DNA of 33,570 nt, taken from Lachnospiraceae bacterium. Its GTDB lineage: Bacteria > Bacillota > Clostridia > Lachnospirales > Lachnospiraceae. The stretch lies in the NCBI GenBank assembly GCA_045641825.1, contig JAZUHR010000283.1, forward strand, positions 1-33,570, read 5' to 3'. Under the pieces are notes generated by a model, which made no database searches, was not told the DNA's origin, and saw only the letters and a list, made by a program, of their open reading frames with translations. The position numbers were made by a program, and so were the translations under genes. This document shows positions 18,771 through 26,903 of the stretch, piece after piece; position 1 is the stretch's first letter, and each line of letters begins with the position of its first letter.

Positions 18771-20474
18771 ATGGCTAAGAAAGCAGCAACTGAAGAAGTT
18801 AAGGAAGTAAAAGAAGTAAAAGAAGTTAAAACAACCAAGTCAGCAAAGAAGCCTCCAGAGAAGGCTGAGAAGACAGAAAAGGCAGAAAAGGCAGAGAAGA
18901 CTGTAAAAGCCGAGAAAGCTGAGAAGGCAGAAAAAGCCGTTAAGGCTGAAAAGACTGTAAAGGCAGCTGAGGAAGCAGTAGAGAAGAAGCCTGCAGCCAA
19001 GAAGTCTGCAAAGAAGGCTGAAGCAGAGGAAAAGCCGGTAGAAGAGACAGTGGCTGAGGAAACTCCGGAAGTAGCTCCTGTAGAGAAAAAGGCTGCAAAA
19101 AAGGCTGAAAAGAAGGAAACGGCCAAGAAATCCGGCAAAAAGACAGCAGAAGCTTCTGTAGAGGAAGCAGCTGTAGAAGAAGCTGCTGCAGAGCCCGTAG
19201 CACCTGAAAAGGTGGAGGCTCCTATAGAGGAAGCAGCTACAGAAGAGACCGTGAAGAAAGCAAGCAAGAAGCAGGGCAAGAAGGAAGAGGCAGCAGAAAA
19301 GGCTTCCGATGTCAAGGAAAAGACAGTGCATGAGAATAACCCTGCCGCCTTTAAGGACAGACTTGCCGCACTTATTGAACTGGGTAAAAAGAAGAAGAAT
19401 ACTCTGGAGGTCAGCGAGATCAACGAGCGTCTGGCTGATTTGGAAATGGATTCCGCTAAGCTGGACAAGGTATATGATTACCTGGAAAAGAGCGGAATAG
19501 ACGTGCTTCGTATTCAGGATACAGCTTTCCTGGATGATGACGATACCTTACTGGAGACAGATGATCTGGTAGGTGAATTGGATGCAGATGAACTGGAAGA
19601 ACTGGAGGATTTAAGCAAAATTGACCTGACAGTTCCGGAAAACGTATCCCTTGAGGACCCTGTAAGAATGTACCTTAAGGATATCGGTAAGGTGCCCCTT
19701 CTTTCCCCTGATGAGGAGCTGGAGCTGGCCAAGCGTATGGAGCAGGGCGACGAAGAGGCTCAGAGAAAGCTGGCTGAAGCCAACCTCCGTCTGGTAGTAT
19801 CTATCGCCAAGAGATATGTGGGCCGCGGCATGCAGTTCCTTGACCTCATTCAGGAGGGTAATTTAGGTCTTACAAAGGCTGTAGAAAAATTCGATTACAG
19901 AAAGGGCTACAAGTTCTCTACCTACGCAACATGGTGGATCAGACAGGCTATTACCCGTGCCATCGCTGATCAGGCAAGAACTATCCGTATCCCTGTTCAT
20001 ATGGTGGAAACCATCAATAAGCTTACCCGTATTTCCAGACAGCTCTTACAGGAGCTGGGCCGCGAGCCAAGCCCTGAAGAAATCGCCAAGGAAATGGGAA
20101 TTCCTGCAGAAAGAGTAAGAGAAATCCAGAAGATTTCCCAGGAGCCTGTATCTCTGGAGACACCTATCGGTGAAGAGGAAGATTCACATCTGGGCGATTT
20201 CATCGAGGATGATCACCTGCCAACACCTCAGGAGGCAGCTACCATGGTGCTTCTTCGTGAGCAGATCGGTGACGTTCTGGGTACCCTTACGGAAAGAGAG
20301 CAGAAGGTGCTTCGTTTACGTTTCGGCCTGGACGACGGCAGACAGCGTACTCTGGAGGAAGTAGGTAAGGAATTCAGCGTTACCCGTGAGCGTATTCGTC
20401 AGATTGAGGCCAAGGCCTTAAGAAAGCTTCGTCACCCCAGCCGTGCCAAGAAGCTTCGTGATTATTTGGACTAA
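18771..20474 (+). CDS. sigA: Primary RNA polymerase sigma factor (sigma-70 group 1) with long N-terminal K/E/A-rich extension
   Basis: Region 2 is [27 protein letters not shown]. Region 4.2 is [31 protein letters not shown] region 1.1-like segment begins near residue 185. ATG 18771 lies 6 nt after GAGG. Confidence 0.9.
   Translation: MAKKAATEEVKEVKEVKEVKTTKSAKKPPEKAEKTEKAEKAEKTVKAEKAEKAEKAVKAEKTVKAAEEAVEKKPAAKKSAKKAEAEEKPVEETVAEETPEVAPVEKKAAKKAEKKETAKKSGKKTAEASVEEAAVEEAAAEPVAPEKVEAPIEEAATEETVKKASKKQGKKEEAAEKASDVKEKTVHENNPAAFKDRLAALIELGKKKKNTLEVSEINERLADLEMDSAKLDKVYDYLEKSGIDVLRIQDTAFLDDDDTLLETDDLVGELDADELEELEDLSKIDLTVPENVSLEDPVRMYLKDIGKVPLLSPDEELELAKRMEQGDEEAQRKLAEANLRLVVSIAKRYVGRGMQFLDLIQEGNLGLTKAVEKFDYRKGYKFSTYATWWIRQAITRAIADQARTIRIPVHMVETINKLTRISRQLLQELGREPSPEEIAKEMGIPAERVREIQKISQEPVSLETPIGEEEDSHLGDFIEDDHLPTPQEAATMVLLREQIGDVLGTLTEREQKVLRLRFGLDDGRQRTLEEVGKEFSVTRERIRQIEAKALRKLRHPSRAKKLRDYLD
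18792..19330 (+). repeat. Low-complexity purine-rich coding repeats (EVK x3, AEK/TEK/VKAEK units)
   Basis: Degenerate 9-nt units (gcNgaRaaR, gaagtNaaR) repeat through the 5' part of sigA. They also generate the spurious antisense S/A/F-rich ORF 18755..19468. Confidence 0.8.
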
Positions 20475-21217
20475 TGGTTACACTTTCAACGAGATTAAAA
20501 ATGGTAGCAGATATGGTGTCGGCAGGCTTTTCCGTCGCCGACATCGGCTGCGATCATGCTTTTACAAGTATATATCTGGTAGAGCAGGGGATTGCACCCT
20601 ACTGTATAGCCGCGGACCTGCGTGAAGGTCCCCTTTCCGGCGCCGCCACTCATATAGAAGAGGCGGGACTGGCCGACAGGATTGCCACCAGGCTTTCCGA
20701 CGGCCTTCGGGAGATTTTGCCCGGGGAGACAGACACGGTGCTGATTTCCGGTATGGGCGGGCCCCTCATGACAGATATACTTAAAAACAGCCTTGAAACC
20801 AGCAAAAAGGCCCGGGAACTGGTATTATCACCCCAGTCTGAGCCGGAGGTGCTGCGTGGATTTTTAAGGGAAATTGGTTTTTATATAGAAAAAGAAGCCA
20901 TGTGCTTCGATGAAGGAAAATTTTATCTGTGCATAAAGGCAAAGCCTGCAGATATAGAGCACCTTTCCCTATGGGACGGCATGAAAAATGCTGAGGGAGA
21001 GGATGACGGGTTTTACTACAGGTACGGAAAATATCTATTTGATCACCCCACTCAAATTTTTCTTGATTTTCTTCAGCATGAGACTGATACGAGAAAAAGA
21101 GTAAGGGAATCCCTTGAGGGTAAGAGCGGTGAAAAAGTAAATGCCCGGCTTTTAAGCGTGGAAGAGGAAATAAGGAGACTGGAATATGAAATTAACTGTA
21201 TGCGGGAAAGAATGTGA
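20474..21217 (+). CDS. trmK: tRNA (adenine22-N1)-methyltransferase TrmK
   Basis: Contains VADIGCDHAFTSIYLV and ADLREGPL, with a coiled-coil C-terminus. There is a TAATG overlap with sigA. Synteny matches Bacillus sigA-yqfN. Confidence 0.8.
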   Translation: MVTLSTRLKMVADMVSAGFSVADIGCDHAFTSIYLVEQGIAPYCIAADLREGPLSGAATHIEEAGLADRIATRLSDGLREILPGETDTVLISGMGGPLMTDILKNSLETSKKARELVLSPQSEPEVLRGFLREIGFYIEKEAMCFDEGKFYLCIKAKPADIEHLSLWDGMKNAEGEDDGFYYRYGKYLFDHPTQIFLDFLQHETDTRKRVRESLEGKSGEKVNARLLSVEEEIRRLEYEINCMRERM

Positions 21218-22838
21218 GTATGAATATGGCGTGACCTATGGTCAGATAGCCGAGGATTTTAAGGGGGAATTTCAGTACCCGATTATCCTGGCTGAAGCAG
21301 ACGGGGCTCTTCGTGAGCTGAGCAAGAAGGCTGACAATGATCAGGTTATTAGCTTTCTGGATTTATCTGCCAAGGCAGGAAACAAGACCTATGAGAGAGG
21401 TCTTACCTTCGTGCTTCTTAAAGCCATTTACAATATTTACGGCAATAAAAAGGGCAGAGACGTGCGTATCATGCACAAAATCGGTGATGGCATCTACGGA
21501 CAGATAGGCGGCTTCGATACCCTGACAGATGAGGATGTAGCCGGCATCAAAGCCGAGATGCAGCGAATCATCGACGCGGATATTGTCATAAATAAGCGTT
21601 CCATGAATACACAGCTGGCCAGAAAAATGTTCAGAGACAGAAAAATGTACGACAAGGCAGCACTTCTGGATTACAGACGTGTGTCCCGTACCAATATCTA
21701 TTCCATCGAGAATTTTGAGGATTATTTCTTTGGTTATATGCCTAAGTCCACAGGAATACTGACTGTTTTTGATATCTTTGCCTACGGTGACGGCTTTATC
21801 CTGATGGTACCGGACAAAGCAGCGCCCCTTACAGTGCCTGAATTTGATGACAGAAAGAAGTTTTTTGCCTGCTTGAGAGAGACTGATGAGTGGGGCCGCA
21901 TCATGGGCATCAATACCGTAGCAGCTCTCAATGACTGTATAAAAGAGGGTCGTATCGGTGATACTATTCTGGTGCAGGAAGCCTTTATGGAGAAGAAAAT
22001 TGCGGATATGGCGGCTCAGATTAAGGCTCGTCCCGGCGTGAAATTCGTTATGATCGCAGGACCTTCTTCTTCCGGCAAGACTACTTTTTCACACAGACTT
22101 TCCATTCAGCTTCGCACTCTGGGGCTTACTCCTCATCCGATTGCTTTGGATGATTACTTCAAAAACCGTGAGGATACCCCTAAAAATCCTGACGGCTCCT
22201 ACAATTTTGAATGTCTGGAGGCTATGGACGTAGAGGGCTTCAATAACGATATGTGTGAGCTTCTGGCAGGTAAGGAAGTGGAGCTTCCCAGCTTCAATTT
22301 CAAGACAGGATTCCGTGAATATAAGGGTAATTTCAAGAAATTGGGACCGGATGATATCCTTGTAATCGAGGGTATTCATGGTCTGAATGAGGCTATGAGT
22401 TACAAATTGCCTGTTGAGAGTAAATTCAAGATTTATATTTCTGCCCTTACTCAGCTTAATATTGATGAGCATAACCGTATTCCTACTACAGATGCCAGAA
22501 TGCTTCGTCGTATTGTGCGTGATGCCCGTACCCGTGGCGCCAGTGCCCAGAAGACCATCAGTATGTGGCCTTCCGTACGTCAGGGTGAGGAAGACAATAT
22601 CTTCCCATTCCAGGAGCAGGCAGATGTATTTTTCAATTCAGCTCTTATTTATGAGCTGGCAGAGCTTAAGCCCTATGCAGAGCCGCTGCTTTTCGCAGTG
22701 CCTACAGATTCACCGGAGTATCCGGAGGCTAAGCGTCTGCTTAAGTTCTTAGACTACTTCCTGTCCGCACCTACGGAGGATGTACCTAAGAACAGCGTAA
22801 TCAGAGAGTTTATCGGCGGTTCCTATTTCCCAGTATAA
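21186..22838 (+). CDS. Uridine-kinase/phosphoribulokinase-family nucleoside kinase fused to an N-terminal TGS/ThrRS-like region
   Basis: The P-loop IAGPSSSGKTTFSHRLS sits mid-protein. The N-terminus MKLTVCGKECEYEYGVTYGQIAEDF is TGS-like. An AGGAG RBS is present. The gene overlaps trmK by 32 nt. Confidence 0.75.
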   Translation: MKLTVCGKECEYEYGVTYGQIAEDFKGEFQYPIILAEADGALRELSKKADNDQVISFLDLSAKAGNKTYERGLTFVLLKAIYNIYGNKKGRDVRIMHKIGDGIYGQIGGFDTLTDEDVAGIKAEMQRIIDADIVINKRSMNTQLARKMFRDRKMYDKAALLDYRRVSRTNIYSIENFEDYFFGYMPKSTGILTVFDIFAYGDGFILMVPDKAAPLTVPEFDDRKKFFACLRETDEWGRIMGINTVAALNDCIKEGRIGDTILVQEAFMEKKIADMAAQIKARPGVKFVMIAGPSSSGKTTFSHRLSIQLRTLGLTPHPIALDDYFKNREDTPKNPDGSYNFECLEAMDVEGFNNDMCELLAGKEVELPSFNFKTGFREYKGNFKKLGPDDILVIEGIHGLNEAMSYKLPVESKFKIYISALTQLNIDEHNRIPTTDARMLRRIVRDARTRGASAQKTISMWPSVRQGEEDNIFPFQEQADVFFNSALIYELAELKPYAEPLLFAVPTDSPEYPEAKRLLKFLDYFLSAPTEDVPKNSVIREFIGGSYFPV

Positions 22839-22846
22839 GCCGAAAA

Positions 22847-22876
22847 TTACAGTGTAACAATTTTTATCAGTAGTAT
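22847..22876 (+). promoter_or_regulatory. Candidate promoter of rnpB
   Basis: TTACAG, an 18-nt spacer, then TAGTAT (22871-22876). The predicted start about 7 nt downstream coincides with the 5' strand of the P1 helix. Confidence 0.4.
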
Positions 22877-22882
22877 TAACAA

Positions 22883-23270
22883 AGAGAGTTCTACAGACAG
22901 TCGCGGCAGGATCTGATGTGTCCTGCTGAGGAAAGTCCGGGCTTCATAGAGCAGGATGCCGGATAACGTCCGGTCAGCGTGACCTGAAGAAAAGTGTAAC
23001 AGAAAATAAACCGCCTCTGTCCCTTCTTACGGAGGGCAGCGGTCAGGCTGAAACGGCGTGTGTAAGAGACCACCGCTCCCGTGGTAACACTGGGAGGTCA
23101 ATGTAAACCCCATCCGAAGCAAGACCTAATAAGGGGGCTATACGGCTGCTCGTCGTGCCCTCGGGTTGGTCGCGTTATGCGGGGGAAACCCTTCATAGGA
23201 GCTGCACAGCAATGCGCAGTCAAGAAAGATGATTGTCTGATACATAACCCGGCTTACAGTAGGACTCTCT
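22883..23270 (+). ncRNA. rnpB: RNase P RNA (bacterial type A)
   Basis: P4 5' strand is GAGGAAAGTCCGGGC. It aligns by eye to E. coli M1 RNA blocks: GTGTAACAGAAAATAAACCGCC, GTAAGAGACCACCGC, GGTAACA, GTAAACCCCATCCGAAGCAAG and ACATAACCCGGCTTA. P1 pairs AGAGAGTTCTAC (22883-) with GTAGGACTCTCT (-23270), followed by TTTTTT. Confidence 0.9.
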
Positions 23271-23306
23271 TTTTTATGTATAAAGAAAGATAACAGAGGG
23301 ATAATC

Positions 23307-24107
23307 ATGAAGTCCGGTGTTTATACAACGCCCAAAAAAGATGGCTCGGTGCTGTACCGTGCATCCATAACGGTTAAGGATAAGCATATCAGTCTGGGCA
23401 GTTATCCCGATGAAGATGCGGCTCACAAGGCCTACTTGTCTGCAAAACGCCTGCTGGCCGGCAGAAAATCCCTGGAAAAATATACGGATGAATTCAGAGA
23501 CGGAAAGAAGCACAAGCTCCCCTTCGATAAAGTGGTTATGCTTTGCAATCTGAGAGACAATTCTGTTTATATTAAGACTCCGATTTACCTGGAAAAGCGT
23601 TCTTTTCTCTATTATTATAGCCCGGAAATCCGCTACAGATTTGACGCGGATGACCTTTTTTACTATTCCAATCACAAGATAATGAAGCGGGGCAGCCACC
23701 TTTTTGTGGCAGACTACGGCATGCAGGTCAATATCTTAAGCAGATACGGGATAAAAAGCCATGCTGTGCCGGGCAGAGATTATATTTTTGCCAACGGTGA
23801 CGAGACGGACCTTAGATACGATAACGTGAAGGTTATTAATAAGTACTATGGTGTTACCAGGACGGAAAACAACGGTCGTGACGTCTATGTGGCCAAAATT
23901 CACATTAACGGTGACGTGATAATAGGGAAATATCCTACGGAAAATGAGGCTGCGGTAGCCTATAACAAGGCGGTTTACCTGCTTAGGGAGGCCGGAATCG
24001 AGACGGCTTACCCGGAGAACTATCTGGAGGACATCTCGGAGCTTCAGTATGTGGCTCTTTTTAACAAGGTGAGACTGTCTGAAAATATAAGAAAATACAG
24101 TGAGTAG
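23307..24107 (+). CDS. Protein with two AP2/ERF-type DNA-binding domains and a degenerate HNH-like motif
   Basis: AP2-like segments are GVYTTPKKDGSVLYRASITVKDKHISLGSYPDEDAAHKAY and YYGVTRTENNGRDVYVAKIHINGDVIIGKYPTENEAAVAYNKA. DYIFANGDETDLRYDNVKVI resembles the HNH_3 core (DH-NGD--DNR--NL). Confidence 0.6.
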   Translation: MKSGVYTTPKKDGSVLYRASITVKDKHISLGSYPDEDAAHKAYLSAKRLLAGRKSLEKYTDEFRDGKKHKLPFDKVVMLCNLRDNSVYIKTPIYLEKRSFLYYYSPEIRYRFDADDLFYYSNHKIMKRGSHLFVADYGMQVNILSRYGIKSHAVPGRDYIFANGDETDLRYDNVKVINKYYGVTRTENNGRDVYVAKIHINGDVIIGKYPTENEAAVAYNKAVYLLREAGIETAYPENYLEDISELQYVALFNKVRLSENIRKYSE

Positions 24108-24174
24108 AGCCTTTTTTTAAAATAAAAACAAGGACTTAAGTCCTAAAAAATTTGTGTCATTTTCATGATTTTTA

Positions 24175-24203
24175 TTGACAAACCTTTTCTTAGTCTATAT
24201 AAT
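24175..24203 (+). promoter_or_regulatory. Consensus sigma-A promoter upstream of cell-wall hydrolase gene
   Basis: TTGACA (24175-24180), exactly 17 nt of spacer, then TATAAT (24198-24203). Confidence 0.6.
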
Positions 24204-24269
24204 GCGTGACTATTGTGCGTGTGCAGGGGGGAGCTTTTCCCCTTAAGTTGAGTAAGAAGAGGTTTTTTT

Positions 24270-25139
24270 ATGAGACGAATACGAAAAAAAGACATAGTAG
24301 CGGTGATACTGTCAGTGTGTATTCTGGTGGCTGCCAATCCGATTCTGCAGGCTAATATGGCTTTCGGAGATACGATATACGAGCAGGAGTTCGCAGATCT
24401 GGACATAATTTTTCCTGACAGCGTTATGGAAATTATTATTCAGATGACAGGTAGTGCTATTGGAGTTTCAGGTGTAGAGCATATTGAGTCGACAGAAGCA
24501 TCCATGGTACCGGAGGAGACTTTAGAGCCGGAAGAAGACGAAAGCATGGAAGCAGATACGGAAGGTGACCTTGGTATCGAGGAAGGCGGCGGAGCAGAAG
24601 ACGCAGATAAGGTTGATGGCGTAGAGGATAGTGAAGAAGCCGAGGACAATGAGAACAGTGATGAAAAGCCTGATGCAGCTGACAGCCCGGAAATGACCAT
24701 AGACGAGAAAAAGGATGCTATCTACAAGGAACTGCAGGAAAAGAAGATATATACTTTTTCCTGGAATGGGGCGACCATTACTTTGACATACGATAATTTC
24801 GTTTACCTTTGCAAGCTGGTTCAGAGAGAAGCGGTAAGCGAGGACTTGGAAGGCAGAATCATGGTGGCCGACCTGGTATTTAACAGGGTGAGCGATCGTC
24901 ATTTTCCAAATGATGTAATCAGTGTCATTAATGAGAAAAATCAGTTTTCTCCGGTGAAAAACGGTACCATCGACAAGGCGGTTCCCAAGAAAATCACCAT
25001 AGATGCAGTGCTTTATGCCATAGCAGGCGTGGATTATTCCCAGGGAGCGGTTTATTTCAAGATGACCAATCACTACAGCAAGTGGTTCGCAACACGTACC
25101 CCGCTCTTCAGTCATGGCTCACATACCTTTTACAAGTAG
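24270..25139 (+). CDS. Secreted SleB/CwlJ-family cell-wall hydrolase (Hydrolase_2) with acidic linker
   Basis: A signal/anchor MRRIRKKDIVAVILSVCILVAANPILQA is followed by a Glu/Asp-rich linker. The hydrolase core is LVQREAVSEDLEGRIMVADLVFNRVSDRHFPNDVISVINEKNQFSPV. Confidence 0.8.
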   Translation: MRRIRKKDIVAVILSVCILVAANPILQANMAFGDTIYEQEFADLDIIFPDSVMEIIIQMTGSAIGVSGVEHIESTEASMVPEETLEPEEDESMEADTEGDLGIEEGGGAEDADKVDGVEDSEEAEDNENSDEKPDAADSPEMTIDEKKDAIYKELQEKKIYTFSWNGATITLTYDNFVYLCKLVQREAVSEDLEGRIMVADLVFNRVSDRHFPNDVISVINEKNQFSPVKNGTIDKAVPKKITIDAVLYAIAGVDYSQGAVYFKMTNHYSKWFATRTPLFSHGSHTFYK

Positions 25140-25180
25140 CAGCGGATTAAATCCATTAGTAAATCTAACAATACTTTTAC

Positions 25181-25209
25181 TTGCTAAAGTGTTAAATTTA
25201 TGATAGTAT
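25181..25209 (+). promoter_or_regulatory. Candidate promoter for thrC overlapping the upstream terminator
   Basis: TTGCTA, a 17-nt spacer and TAGTAT, with a TGA extended -10. The -10 abuts the 5' arm of the terminator hairpin. Confidence 0.35.
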
Positions 25210-25240
25210 AACTTCCCAATAAGGGAAGTTATATTTTTTT
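25207..25240 (+). terminator. Intrinsic terminator after cell-wall hydrolase gene
   Basis: TATAACTTCCC / GGGAAGTTATA stem with a 5-nt loop (AATAA), followed by TTTTTTT. Confidence 0.8.
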
Positions 25241-25265
25241 CTTGATATTTTCTTAGGAGGCAAAT

Positions 25266-26750
25266 ATGAATTATTTATCCACCAGAAATGCAGACATACG
25301 AGTTACTGCTTCACAGGCTGTGCTTAAGGGACTTTCCGATGACGGCGGTCTTTTCGTACCGGAGTCCATGCCTGTGCTTGATACAGATATTGCAGCTCTT
25401 GCGACTATGAATTACCGTGAGATTGCCTATGAAGTTATGAAGCTTTTCCTTACAGATTATACTGAGGCTGAGCTTAAGCATTGCATCGATTCCGCTTATG
25501 ATGAAAAGTTTGACACTAAGAATATCGCTGAGCTGACTCCTGCCAATAATGCCTACTTCCTGGAGCTTTACCATGGTAAGACCATCGCATTCAAGGATAT
25601 GGCTCTTTCCATTCTTCCTCACCTGCTGACCACAGCGGCTAAGAAGAACGGAGTAAAAGAGGAAATCGTTATTCTGACAGCTACATCAGGAGATACAGGT
25701 AAGGCAGCTCTTGCGGGCTTTGCTGATGTTCCCGGTACACGCATTATAGTTTTTTACCCGAAGGACGGTGTGAGCCGCGTTCAGGAGCTGCAGATGGTGA
25801 CTCAGAAGGGTAAAAATACAAAGGTTATCGCTATTAAGGGCAATTTTGACGACGCTCAAAACGGCGTAAAGGCTATGTTCAACGATAAGGACCTGGCTAA
25901 GCGTATGGCAGACAAGGGCTTCCTTTTCTCCAGTGCCAATTCCATCAATATCGGTCGTCTGGTGCCTCAGGTGGTTTACTATGTTTATTCCTACGCGAAG
26001 CTGGTGGAAAAGCAGGTTATCAAAATCGGTGAGCCTATGAATGTGGTAGTGCCGACCGGTAACTTCGGTAACATCCTGGCAGCATACTATGCAAAGTGCA
26101 TCGGTATTCCTGTGGGCAAGCTTATCTGCGCTTCCAATGAGAATAAGGTTCTGTTTGACTTCTTTAAGACCGGTACCTACGATAGAAACAGAGATTTCAT
26201 TCTGACCACATCACCTTCCATGGATATTCTGATTTCCTCCAATCTGGAGAGACTGATTTTCCATTCTACAGGCAATGATGCCGTTAAGACGGCAGCTCTT
26301 ATGAATGAGCTTAAGACTACAGGCGCATATACTGTGACAGATGATATGAAGGCTTATATGAAGGACTTCCTGGGCGGCTTCGCTACACAGGCAGAGACAG
26401 CGGGAATTATCGGTCAGATTTATAAGAATGACAATTATGTCATCGATACACATACAGGCGTTGCAGCTTTTGTTTACGATAAGTATGCACGTGAGACCGG
26501 AGACAAGACAGTTACGGTTATTGCTTCCACAGCATCTCCTTACAAGTTCTCCAGAGCGGTTGTAGCCGGCATTGAGGGCAAGGAAGATACTGCTTCCGAC
26601 GATTTTGCACTTATCGATAAGCTTCAGGAGCTGTCCGGCGTAGCGCTTCCTCAGGCTGTCATCGAGATTAAAAATGCTGAGATTCTTCATGACACTGTCT
26701 GTGAAAAAACGGGCATGCAGGCCGAGGTAGAGAAGTATTTGGGCATGTAA
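25266..26750 (+). CDS. thrC: Threonine synthase (long form)
   Basis: PLP-lysine context HGKTIAFKDMALS, plus ATSGDTGKAA and VPTGNFGNILA. Length is 494 aa. The RBS is AGGAGG. Confidence 0.9.
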   Translation: MNYLSTRNADIRVTASQAVLKGLSDDGGLFVPESMPVLDTDIAALATMNYREIAYEVMKLFLTDYTEAELKHCIDSAYDEKFDTKNIAELTPANNAYFLELYHGKTIAFKDMALSILPHLLTTAAKKNGVKEEIVILTATSGDTGKAALAGFADVPGTRIIVFYPKDGVSRVQELQMVTQKGKNTKVIAIKGNFDDAQNGVKAMFNDKDLAKRMADKGFLFSSANSINIGRLVPQVVYYVYSYAKLVEKQVIKIGEPMNVVVPTGNFGNILAAYYAKCIGIPVGKLICASNENKVLFDFFKTGTYDRNRDFILTTSPSMDILISSNLERLIFHSTGNDAVKTAALMNELKTTGAYTVTDDMKAYMKDFLGGFATQAETAGIIGQIYKNDNYVIDTHTGVAAFVYDKYARETGDKTVTVIASTASPYKFSRAVVAGIEGKEDTASDDFALIDKLQELSGVALPQAVIEIKNAEILHDTVCEKTGMQAEVEKYLGM

Positions 26751-26774
26751 TTATAAAAATTGTATAAACAGTTT

Positions 26775-26806
26775 AAACAGTGGCTTAAATTTGCCACTGT
26801 TTTTTT
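26775..26806 (+). terminator. Intrinsic terminator after thrC
   Basis: AAACAGTGGC / GCCACTGTTT stem with an 8-nt loop (TTAAATTT), followed by a T-run. Confidence 0.8.
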
Positions 26807-26826
26807 GCCTTGATGGGGTTTGATTC

Positions 26827-26855
26827 TTTACAAAAGCCTGTCAAAATGGTAAACT
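26827..26855 (+). promoter_or_regulatory. Candidate promoter for PFOR gene
   Basis: TTTACA, a 17-nt spacer and TAAACT, with TGG giving an extended -10. Confidence 0.45.
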
Positions 26856-26903
26856 TTAGTTTAAGTAGGCTTAATAGCCACAAACTTTTAGGAGGGTATT
26901 TTA

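Noticed and set aside
18755-19468. 237-aa minus-strand ORF (Ser/Ala/Phe-rich), plus overlapping minus-strand ORFs 18840..19331 and 18940..19203
   Set aside because: They lie exactly antisense to the purine-rich K/E/A repeat of sigA. The low-complexity composition removes stop codons on the opposite strand. There is no RBS or independent signal.
22891-23293. Track ORFs 22891..23073 (-) and 23081..23293 (+)
   Set aside because: They fall inside the RNase P RNA gene, whose conserved P4 and other blocks explain the sequence. They are not coding.
24131-24144. Perfect 14-bp palindrome AGGACTTAAGTCCT flanked by A/T runs
   Set aside because: As RNA it gives only a 5-bp stem, and the downstream tail is A-rich rather than U-rich. 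It is at most a weak or bidirectional terminator after the AP2 gene. It could be a protein-binding palindrome, but nothing supports that.
24204-24269. c-di-AMP (ydaO-type) riboswitch upstream of the cell-wall hydrolase
   Set aside because: That riboswitch class is often associated with cell-wall hydrolases. The leader here is only about 65 nt and holds a single small hairpin, which is far too short for the pseudo-symmetric ydaO fold.
25140-25265. T-box or attenuator leader upstream of thrC
   Set aside because: The region is only ~125 nt. Its single hairpin is best explained as the terminator of the upstream hydrolase gene. There is no specifier-loop or T-box sequence.
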